From: Haliotis rubra
Lineage: Eukaryota
DNA: 64,000 nucleotides
NCBI RefSeq assembly: GCF_003918875.1
Contig: NW_025767318.1
Span: forward strand, 496,001-560,000
Direction of reading: 5' to 3'
Positions within the stretch are counted from its first letter, which is position 1. Each line of letters starts with the position of its first letter. Positions 29,501 through 41,500 of this stretch are shown here, one piece after another. The notes beneath the pieces were generated by a model. The model was not told the origin of the DNA. It ran no database searches and worked only from the letters and a program-made list of their open reading frames with translations. A program made the position numbers and the translations under genes.

Positions 29501-32500
29501 TTAAGCACTTAATAATTGCCGCCTCTGTCTGCTCACACTATCTCAGTGTTCAAGTCTCTGTTTTTTTATTGCATACTGACCCTAACCAAATTATGCCATT
29601 ATTTTCCCTGATGTGGTACGATAAAGTTTTCTAAAGGTGCACAACATCCCAGTCTCAATAAGTCTCAGTTTAGTACCTACCCGGATCATCTGCGCTTCTT
29701 TCTTGCGGACCAGTCGGTCAAATCGTGACAAGTCTCGGAGGTTGATCAAGGGACGAATTTCAGTCAATAGAGTAAACTGTTGAGAGAAGGAAAATGTCCT
29801 CATATAAACTTTATGTTGTGCTGATTAAATTTGCTAATTCAGGCAAAGTCTATCACTGTGAAGAAGCCCATTGCAGAGTTTCATCATAGCAATGCATTGG
29901 TTTCATACGTTGGCTTTATCTTCATAAACAAGATTCGTACACAATGCAAAGACTTAAATTCATTATATTGATTGTCCAAGATGTGGTCACGTATAACTGG
30001 ACTGGGTACTGATGCTAAATCATGTCCTATATAAATATCCAATAACAATAAAAACAAGAAAAAATTGTGTCCAGCGACACGGATGCCCCTGCTGCTATAG
30101 GAAGAGTTCACACATTCAGGGTCCCACTGAAGTACTTGAAAACACTACAAACAATGTGTTGAGGGGATAGATAACACAACCTATTATCATATAAAGATCA
30201 ATAATTGAACAAAATGCACGAACAAGTTCAATAGACATCTATGCAACTATGAGATGCACACCTTTCGAGTCCCAATGAAACACACGTATAAGCTTAATCA
30301 ATTCTGTTGAGCAGTTTTTGTGGAGAAGTGGATAGACCTAATCCCCTATTTCACTATCATCAGAGAGAAATTCAACAATATTTATCTACGTTCAAATGTC
30401 TCTAAACATACAAAAAAAATATAAAATACTAAAACAAAATATGAGATGCACACCTTTAGAGTCTCTATAAAAGACATATGTAAGCTAAATGAGTTTTGTG
30501 CAGTGGTTTTTGTGGAGAAGTGGATAAAGCACACCCCCTGTTGTTTGGGACTAAAAGGATGAATAGAACCAAATTCAACTAAGTTATAACATCTGTAGAA
30601 GTGACAAAATTAAGAAATTGGATGAACAAGGTATGAGATGCATACCATTAGAGTTCCAATGAAACACACGTAGAAGCTCAATCAATTCTGTTGAGCAGCT
30701 TTTGTGGAGAAGTGGATAGACTTCACTCCCCTATAACACTATATTCAGAGAGAAATTCAACAAAAGTTATCTAAGTTCAAACAGCATTAAAATTTTCGTG
30801 AGTGCGACGTTTCGATACAGATTCTTGTACCGTTGTCAAGCAAGAGTGATACATGAAGTGTAGGAGCTGCATATATATACTGTATATAACAATGAAACAA
30901 CATAATAGACAAAGGAAACAACATAATTGTCTAAACCAGAATCAGCCCCCATCAAGATATCCATTCCCTACATTGGTAAACCATCACACCAAATCAGCCG
31001 ACTCCTGAAACAACAGGCAGGAATAGACACTACCTTCTCAGCGTCCTCCAGCCTCAACAACCTCCTCCATGCCAACGGAAGAAAACAACCCACCGTCAAC
31101 AACAACAACCCGAAATGTGTTATTTACAAAATAGACTGTGATTGTGGACAATGCTACATAGGTGAAACATCCCGACCCATCAACACCCGAGTGAAAGAAC
31201 ATCGCACCTCTGTTGCTAATTCCGACACCAAATCAGCTATCTCTGACCACATCAAAGCCAACCCCAATCATCAAATAGAGTGGTCCGACATCACCATTCT
31301 CGCCAACAACCAAACGGACTTCACTAAACGCGAAGCTCACAGAAGCCATTCACATCAAACGCCACAAGCCTACCATCAACCGTGACCAAGGATACTTCAT
31401 TCCATCTGCTTATGATCCACTCCTCCACCAAGCCCAGTCTATTGTATAAACATCGCATCCATTGTATAAACATCTCATTGTAACTACATCTCTGGCTTCC
31501 ATTCACCATCCTTTATGTACTTACTGGCTTCATCAGCTTACTGCTTAGCCAATCATGGCAATTATGTTGTTTCCTTTGTCTATTATGTTGTTTCATTGTT
31601 ATATACAGTATATATATGCAGCTCCTACACTTCATGTATCACTCTTGCTTGACAACGGTACAAGAATCTGTATCGAAACGTCGCACTCACGAAAATAAAG
31701 AAGTTGTTATCCATAAAACTTGTTATATATTGTACGTCTCAACTTCTAAAATGCCACTCAAACAAGCATTAAAATTGGAAAAAAAAAAATAATACAAAAT
31801 CAAAATATGAGATGCACGCCTTTAGAGTCCCTATAAAGCACATGTGTAATCTAAATGAATTCCATAAAGTAGTTTTTGAGGAGAAGTGGATAACGTACAC
31901 GCCCTGTTGGATGGAACGAACAGGCTGAATAGAACAAAAATCAACTAAGTTCAAACATCTGTAAAAGTGACAAAATTAAGAAATTGCATAAAAAATTATG
32001 AAATGAACACCTTTAGAGTCCCTACAAAAGACATGTAGAAGTTCATTCAATTCCGTGGAGAAGTGGATAGACTTCATCCCCTATTACACTATCATCATAG
32101 AGAAATTCAGCAAAATGTACCTAAGTTCAAATGTCTCTAAACTTACCCAAAAAAAACAATAAAATATATAAAAAAATATGAGATGTACACCATTAGAGTC
32201 CCAAGAAAGCCCATGTATAAGTTCATTGAATTCCAAAGAGCGGTTATGGTGGAGAAGTGGATAGAATACATTCCTTGTTTCGTACGGACGGACACCGAGG
32301 GTAACCCTATATGCCCCAGCCATATATGGTGGGGGCATAAAAATATATAATAATGATAATTTACAGTATTGACTTAAGTTACTGAAAATACTTGGGAAAT
32401 ACCGAGATGGAATTAACCAAACCTAAGCCAATCACATATAACTGTTTCTCGGAATTGCCTAGCCTTATTTTAACCAACATAGTTCATATACTGAATCTCT

Positions 32501-33918
32501 TTTTTCCCTTATATATAATAAAATAATTATTGATTTATGTACATTTTCTTGGGGGCAATGTCTTTGAATCCACAAAACCAGGAACTGCCCGGACGTAAAG
32601 TTTATAATTGTATGATATCTATGTGTTAACACTGTCCTACCTTGGCCTGTGTGTTGAGAAGTTCAAACAGAGCAAACACCAGGCCATCTGTCTGGATGGT
32701 ACCCTTCTGATGTTCACTCAGATAGTACCGCAGAGTTGTCTGCTCTTTGCTATTGAGCAGGATCCTTGCATGTTGTTCGATGACATCTTTCTGAGGCCAG
32801 GACGTCGTCGTATTCCGCATCAGCTGTGACCCTGCTCCCTTGCTGAAGCCAAACTGAAGGGAGAATGCATGTGTAAGTGAATGCCATTGACAGTAAGTTT
32901 AGCAGTTTTACACCTAAATATAAGTTAGATGCTGGCAAACTAAAGGTTGACATTGAGTGTGCTGAGATCTACCCATTAAAGTGAGATACAATTATCCCCT
33001 TTAATGTGGTTTCGTTAGGAAAAGGTTAAATGTTGTGTGATATTAGTTGAGAAACAGACTTGGGCTAATCTACCTAGTACTTTTTGTATATGCATATGTA
33101 GAAGGTCTACATAGCCTGATAGACCACGTGACAATGAATGAGGTACCCATCTTCCAGAAGCAAGAGTTTCCACTAGCCAATATGTAAGCATAGTTTTCCA
33201 CCCTTAGAATTCAAGCCTCCTTTCTTGGCTTTAGAATAACTCAAAATTTGAAAGGCAATGGCCGAGGTCATACAAGCAAACACAGGAACACAGATGTCCA
33301 TTTTGTAAAACGTTCTCCGACTGAACTATCGATGTGTGGCAGAGTCCTCTCCCATTCAGCACTGAAAGTAGGCTTGGAATAGTAATGGTCAAACATTTAG
33401 CATGGGCTCAGGGTTGGATCCAGGATTTTGGAGAACGGGTATGCACATAAATCATTAAATCCAAAGGTAAGGGGGGGAAAATATTTCAGAGAAGGCTCTG
33501 GGGTTTGTGAGTAAGTTTGAGTGAATTTAGTTTAATTCTGTTTTTTTGCAATGTTCCAGCAATCATGGTGGGTACACCAGAAATAGGCTTCATACATTGT
33601 ACCCATGTGGGGAATCGAACCCGGGTCTTTGGCGTGACGAGCCAACGCTTTAACCATTAGGCTACCCCACCGCCCCTTGTCAGGATGAGGTCAGCTGACA
33701 CGGGATATTCCTGGAGTATCATGTCCACTTACCCGGGAGTGTCCGTCCTGGTGGTTCTGTAGCCCCACTTTGTCCAAGCTGCCCATGCTGGACGACAACC
33801 TGGAACCACAACAACATTGGCTTGTATACCAGAGCTGGAACAACACACTCTGTTGCAGAACACTTGTATGAAGAGTGGCTGAAAAGTTCTGAGCCTAAAT
33901 ATCAAGGATGGATAATAC

Positions 33919-33964
<46 letters not shown>

Positions 33965-35434
33965 TAATAATACATACATAACAGTATGCATGTGTATAGC
34001 ACAAACACTTTTCATGATTACAAATACATTTGAGTGAGTGAGTATGGTTTAATGCCGCAATATCATAGGGGGGAACACCAGAAATGGGCGTCACACATTG
34101 TACCCATGCAGGGAACCCAGGTCTTCGGCGTGACGAGCGAACGCTTTAACCACTAGGCTACCCCACCGCCCCACAAATACATTTGAACAAACTACACTAG
34201 GAGCATATTTCTGCAGGTGTCAAAGTGACTAGGTATTCTCTGTTAATGAAAATGGACACAACGTCTTCAATACAATCCTAGTTATGATCAAAACTTTTCA
34301 GCACAGTAATCTCAGGAGGCTGAATATCACGTTTTAGCCAGTCAGACAGCTTCAATCTCAAAATCACTGGTCCTTAATACAACTGATATTGGGTGCATCT
34401 GTCCAAACCTGCCAAAGATGGTACCTTGCATTAATTGATCCTGTCTGATTGGGGAGTCTGTCACGTGGCAACCACTGTGTCTTGTCAATGGTTGTTTTAG
34501 CAAATGGCAGCTTCCCAACATCCTTGACTGTAATCATCATGTGGCGTCCAGTCTTCAAGATGCTCACAGCCTCCGAGTGACTGATGTCCAGAAAACTGCG
34601 GCCATTGACGTCCAGCACCTGATCCCCCACCTATGACCAAGCATCTGATGTTAATGTAATCAACACATTCAATGCTCCACCCTCAATAACCATGGGGAGA
34701 ATGAGCTTCTCCTCTATATCTAACATCAGGTACACTTCCCAGTGCTATTCCACTACTTTCACAAAGTTTAAAATTTCTCCAAATGGCAAAGAAGACCCCT
34801 TGTTTCTATAATACATGTACTTCTTGTATGTGTAATTCCATAATGACACATGCATAAATGACAGGGCAAAAGAGCCCTTGTAGGCATGTGGAAACTCAAA
34901 CCAGCGTTCTCTTTGCTACTATAAGAGACACCATAGCTGACATCATTTACTCAAAAGTGTCCGCTTTAAAGGTTTTGGGGTTCAGGAGATGTAGAAAATG
35001 CATGCAAATGACAGGCGAACTCTCCACAACATAACTCACTCGACTTTTAGTCATTAGAACTAAGACACTAACAACAGGGCCAATGTTCACTAAATACAAT
35101 AAAACTAGAGAACATTACCTTAATGCCTGCATTCTCTGCCACAGAGAAGGGGTCGATGCCGGACACGTAGACACCGAGACCGAACTCACGGCCCCCACGG
35201 ATCATCAGCCCCAGACACTCACCCTTGTCAACAACTACGTTCACCTGTAAATACACCACAGTCAACTCACAAACCATTTCTGTGGATATATAGAAAATCT
35301 CATCCAAGAGTGAGCACAAGTAGGGCTAAATACCTACAAATGTCCATATTTGTTTGTTTGGGGGGTTGGGGGTTATCAGTGTAATGGGTCAGATGCAGCT
35401 AAGAAATATCCAAACTCATTAATGTGCTCCTGAC

Positions 35435-35469
<35 letters not shown>

Positions 35470-35470
35470 C

Positions 35471-35512
<42 letters not shown>

Positions 35513-38500
35513 AAAAAAAAATGCTGTCATTTAAAATTGTACGTGTTTTGTTTTCAATTTGCTGCATTTTAGGTTGATGGTTTCGTTATCAATGGCAATT
35601 GGCAACAGCTCACTTTAACTTTTCTGAAAATCCATTACCATCTCTTTTGTTTTCTTAACATTTAATTTGAGGAAGTTGATGTTACACCAATCAAGAAATT
35701 TTGTGATTTCAGAACATTAGTCTTTTTCTTGTATGTAATCAATATTACTGTTAAGGTGAGCTTCTCAGAGTGCCTATCTATAAATCAATGGCAATTGGCA
35801 ACAGCTCACTGTTACTTTTCTTAATAACATTTAATTTAAGGAACTTGATGTTACACCAATCAAGGAATCTTGTGATTTGCAATAGTCATTCTCCAAGTGC
35901 CTATAAATCCTAAAGGCATCATCTGCAAAGAGAAAACCTTGAGACAGTCATTAGTATATATAATAAATAATACCGGAGAAAGAACATCAGTGTATCACGA
36001 ATGTTGTAGTTGATTGGGTGTTATGAGTTGCAGAGATAACATCTGAAGAAAGTGTATTGTTTACATAGGACTGGGAAAGTTTTAAATGTTTGTACATATT
36101 GTTTAATATAGCTGTAGAACTTATCAAAGTTTCTCCCCTGCATCAGACATGACAGAGATAACATCAGTGTGTGGAGTGTAGAGTCAAACACTATGCAGAA
36201 TAATGGAGGAAGCTCTCTCACAGCTCTCTTAAATACTGGAATGGGGATAGGCTGTTTGGCAGACTTCAGAGAAAATATTAAAAAGGTGTCCAGCTGAAAT
36301 CTTGTTTGGGAATTGTTTGGCAAGTGTAGACTAGTTCATTCAGTTCCAGGAATATGAAGTCTGTTTTAGGATCCATTTAGATTATATCTTTTTTGTTTTG
36401 TTTTTGTTTATTTAAAATAACATAACATTATTTCTGGAACTAAATGTCAGTCTAGAACTAGAAGAGAAACATCCACAGAATTTAACTTGGATTCTCAACT
36501 TGGTTCCACTGGCACTAAAATTTTGGAAAAATAATTACTTTCTTCAGCATTTGGATTTTCTTACGTCTTAAGTTCTGAGATAGTTCCAGACTGTATTCTC
36601 TGCACCAGTTTGTAGGCAGTAATCTATACCTAAGCATTAAAACCTCTTTATAATGTGTATTGGGCCATGTTGTGAGGGAAATACATGTCTGTACAGGGAC
36701 TTAAGATTAGTTGCATATGTACTGACAAGAAGTTGGAAGGTTTTTATTCCTGTTATTCCAGCTACCACTGACAGCTGGTAATGTGCTACTAGTTATTTTT
36801 TTTCTACTCAAATCATACTTAACTGACAATTTCAAATGTAGTCACTAGCTGGGTTGCCAGGTTGACAACAAAATTTCTTCATGAAAATATTTTAAAAATG
36901 TGAAATAAAAGTAATTGAAAAACCCACCAACTTTCAATAACCTTGTTAACAAATGATTGATCAGTTTATACAATTATGTCATACAATAGATTTCAGGAAA
37001 AAACTCTTTACAAACTGATCAAGATACCAAATATTGATAACAGAACCATTCTAAAAACAAGTTATTTTCACTCAGCATTGAGTGAGCATATTCTCCATAT
37101 ATTAATCAATTCTGCCCTAGTTCAGACTACATTTGACAATCTGTACTGTGGAACATTGTATACGCAGGCAACACGTGCAGTAGGGGTTTGTGCTGCCACT
37201 GACGAGCCCGGTACAACTATCTGTGACAACCAGCTGTTTCAAACACTGATCAATGAGTGCTTGTTTCTTCACACAACACAATCTATCAACTAAAAAATAT
37301 CACTAGGTCCTGTAGCTAATGTAGAATATAGGCGTAAAGTTTAGATATAGCACTTTAGTAGCTTGAAATAAATAGTGACACATTTCACGCATCAGAAAGT
37401 AATACTACCTTCCTAACCACTTGTTATTATCAGCAAAAACCTGAATATCAATATACAACACTTCAGTCACCTACCAAATGTGTTAATAAATATTGTGAAG
37501 AAATATTGAATATTTTATGTCTTATCTTCTAGAAAACAAACTCACCTTCATTCAAACAAAATCTAATATTGTACTGTGGAAATACAAAACATTAACACAG
37601 GAATAGCAGGGTATCTCAGGTCAATATCATGTGCAAAGTTTCATGAACAAATACAAACAGTTTGTGAGTTATGCACTGAAACAAATCATAACATCAATAA
37701 AACAATGACAAATTTGTTGCCTTGGAAACACTAAAAAACATTTTTGAACATTTAAAGACATCAGACTATCGTCAACAGTTCCTAACCTGTATATATACAC
37801 ATGAAGATATACTGAAAACTGTGTGAACCTACTTTGGCCTATAATCATACTGTGTTTTTAATGTAGAGAAAGGGTGACCTGTCGAGTTAACCTTGCTAAA
37901 TTGAATTTTGAAGCAAACATGCATCATAAGGTTTCACATGATAACTTCATCATTCCCTACTTGTCTACAGTAGCTACTAGTCCCTCCACTGTCACAGCCT
38001 ACAACCATTCCATGCCAGTGATCACCCTGCCCATATATTCATTGTGTGTTTAACTATGTCTGAACTCTCTACCACCACTCACCCCCCCCCCCAGCCCCAC
38101 CCAGACCAGTGATCACCCTGCCCATATATTCATTGTGTGTTAATATGTCTGAACTCTCTACCACCACTCACCCCTCCCCAGCCCCACCCAGACCAGTGAT
38201 CACCCTGCCCATAGATTGATTGTGTGTTACTATGTCTGAACTCTCTACCACTACCTCACCCCCAGCCCCCCCACCCAGACCAGTGATCACCCTGCCCAGA
38301 CCATATATTGCCATTGTGTGTTACTATGTCTGAACTCTCTACCACCACCCACACCCTGCCCATAGATTCACTGTAAGCACATGTCTGAACTCTCTACTCA
38401 CCACCTCACCCCTCCCCAGCCCCCACCCAGACCAGTGATCACCCTGCCCATATATTCATTGTGTGTTACTATATCTGAACTCTACTACCACTCCCTCACC

Positions 38501-41500
38501 CAGCCCCCACCCAGACCAGTGATCACCCTGCCCATAGCCTTCATGTGTGTGTATGTCTACTCTATCTGAACTCTCTACCACCCCTCCCCCCCCCTCCCCA
38601 GCCCCCACCCAGACCAGTGATCACCCTGCCCATAGCCTGATTGTGTGTTAATATGTCTGAACTCTCTACCACCACCACCCCTCCCCAGCCCCCACCCAGA
38701 CCAGTGATCACCCTGCCCATAGATTAATTGTGAGGGACAATATGCCTGACCCCCCACGTCTTTGTAGCCCTCTCTCCCCAGTGTAGAGAATTGTGATGGT
38801 TGCTAGGGGCTCAATTATTTAACATTTCTGGGCTGAAGGTAATTAATTATTAAATTTTAATTATCCACAGGCTGCACAGAGTGTTGATCTCTGCTATAGG
38901 GGAAACTGCAACTTGACCCATATGTGTGCCTTGGATTCAGTACATTCTATTTGGGAGAGATCACCCTCAGATTTCTACACATTCCCATTAAAATCTGAAG
39001 CTTTATACGAAATATACCCTGTGCACAACCAAACTGGGTTCAAATATTTTTTCTCGCCCGAATGTATGAGGGTCATGTGACCTTGTTTTTTAAACCATAC
39101 CATGTGTTACAGATATATGAAAAGCTCTTTAAATGTGCAATTGACTGAAATAATCACAACCACAAAAAAATGTTGGTCATTTCTAATGATAACAATTCTT
39201 CATGAAGGGATATAATTAAGTCTTTTATCTCATAAAGGGGAATAACTCTTGAGTCTGTTCTGAACCACAGACACCATTGGTTACTCATTGAATTACAGTT
39301 AATTCCCCTGTAAAAACATATGTCTGACTATTAGGTGATAACCCAATGATAATTCTGACAACCAGGTGATTACACAATGCCTATTCCAACAATCAGGTGA
39401 TTAAACAATGATAATTCTGACAATCAGGTCATTAAACTATGCCTATTCCGATAATCAGGTCATTAAACAATGCCTATTCCAACAATCAGGTTATTATACA
39501 ATGGTAGTTCTGACAATCAGATGATTACACAATGCCTATTCCAACAATCAGGTGATTCGACAATGATAATTCTGACAATCAGGTGATTAAACAATGCCTA
39601 TTCTGACAATCAGGTCATTAAACAATGCCTATTCCCATAATCAGGTCATTAAACAATGCCTATTCCAACAATCAGGTGATTAAACAATGATAATTCTGAC
39701 AATCAGGTGATTAAACAATGGCTATTCCAACAATCAGGTTATTATACAATGGCTATTCCAACAATCAGGTTATTATACAATGGTAGTTCTGACAATCAGG
39801 TGATGGTGGGTTGGTTCAAGTGAGTGAGTGAGTGAACATGGTTTTACGCCATCTTTAGCAATATTCCAGTAATATCATGTTGGGGGACACCAGGAATGGG
39901 CCTCACATAATCTACCCATGTGGGGAATCAGAACCTGGGTCTTCGGCATGATGGGCTAACGTTTTAACCACGAGGCTACCCCACCGCCCACTTTCCGAAA
40001 AAGAACCAAAACTGATTGTGTGGAGTTTGGAGTATTTGAGAAAAGCACTACCTTCCGTTCATCACTCCCCTTCAGCAGCATCAACCCACTCCTACTCCGC
40101 AGACTGCCCACCTCCTGATGGGGGCCCATGTGCTCCAGCTCCGGGGGCGGGGACACTGCCCTGCCCCGGGGATCCACCCAGCTGTAGGCCTGGTGTACCA
40201 CATGGGTGCCAGGGATCCTACCCACACGGCAGATACACAGCTCCAAATGCTTCGCTGCACGGATAATCTGAGGAAGATAATCAGAAATTGTATTTACATC
40301 TCTGAATAGCCTATATTGAGCTCACTGGACTGAGCCTAGAGTTTTCCAAAAAATCTGCAGAAGAAAAAAATAAAATAAACCCAACTCATGTCTAGAATGA
40401 TTTGCAAAGTTTACACTGCTTGAGTTCTGGGTCTGAATGTAAGCTTTGTTCTACTCTCCATTTGGATTTTCTTGATAAATATTATTAGATATGACCACTT
40501 TATTTTGGGGCACTAATGTTAGTCCATGAACCTCGGTATGTTGGTACACAGTAAAACAAGCTGATGTTTCTGAGGTGTGTGTAATGACTGGATTGTGCAT
40601 CTTTTACTGTGTTAGCCTGGCTGAGTGAGTGAGTGTGTGAGTTTAGTTTTATTCCACACTCAGCAATATTCCAGCTATATGGCGGAGGTCTGTAAACAAT
40701 CGAGTCTGGACCAGAGAATCCTGTGATCAACAGCATGAGCATCGATCTGCGCAATTGGGAACCAATGACATGTGTCAACCAAGTCAGCGAGCCTGACCAC
40801 CCGATCCCATTAGTCGCCTCTTACGACAAGAATGGGTTACTGAAGATCGATATTCTAACCCGGACCTTCACGGGTAAGCCTGGCTGATGTTAGGGATCTG
40901 TACAAGCAGTTTCATGTCTGAAGCAGATAAACCAGTGGTCGATATTATGAGCAATGCTTTATGATCCTGACCAGGACACAACTAGGCTAAAGGGTCACAG
41001 ACCCCCCAATCTATCTTACCAGCTTAGTGTGCTCTGGACCTACTTCTCCTCCAGAATTGTAATACATGTATCTGGATCACTATCAAATCACACGATAGAT
41101 AATTGTTATTTCTGCTTTTTACGAGATAAAAATTGCAGTCTCAGAAGGTTGATGTCAGGACTATAGAAACAGTTTTACATTTCATAGCATAATTCTTTTA
41201 GGAAATGTATGTTAATTGTTTTCATTAATTTTATGATTGCATGATAGATAATCAAATTTTAGCATAAAACAATTTATAAAGTGATTAATAAAAAAAAAAA
41301 TAGGTGCATCACTAGACATAATGAGTAATTAGCTCTGAGAAAGCTTTTCCACATTTTGTTTCATAAATACAACACCTTGTACTCACTAAAATGAATTTGG
41401 CACAGTTAGGGTTTGTTTTTTCTGTGAACCAATTAGAGGTGTGACGATATGGAAATTTCACGATACGATACGTATCGCGGTATCTTGAAACGATACGATT

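Larger units (their letters stand above)
30052..32343 (-). mobile_element. Helentron-associated non-autonomous element (HINE/DINE-1 type) with internal tandem repeats; hosts the PLE
   Basis: On the minus strand: TTTT-ATGCCCC..GGGGCAT inverted motif, TCCG microsatellite, degenerate units of about 200 bp (atgagatgcacacc...gtggagaagtggata), then GGGGCAT and a GTGTC..GACAC hairpin before TTCTTGTT. Confidence 0.7.

Noticed and set aside
33733-33834. Longer exon 5 in the ORF-track frame ([12 protein letters not shown]...)
   Set aside because: It would end in phase 2 and break the frame of exon 6; the acceptor at 33799 gives a consistent frame.
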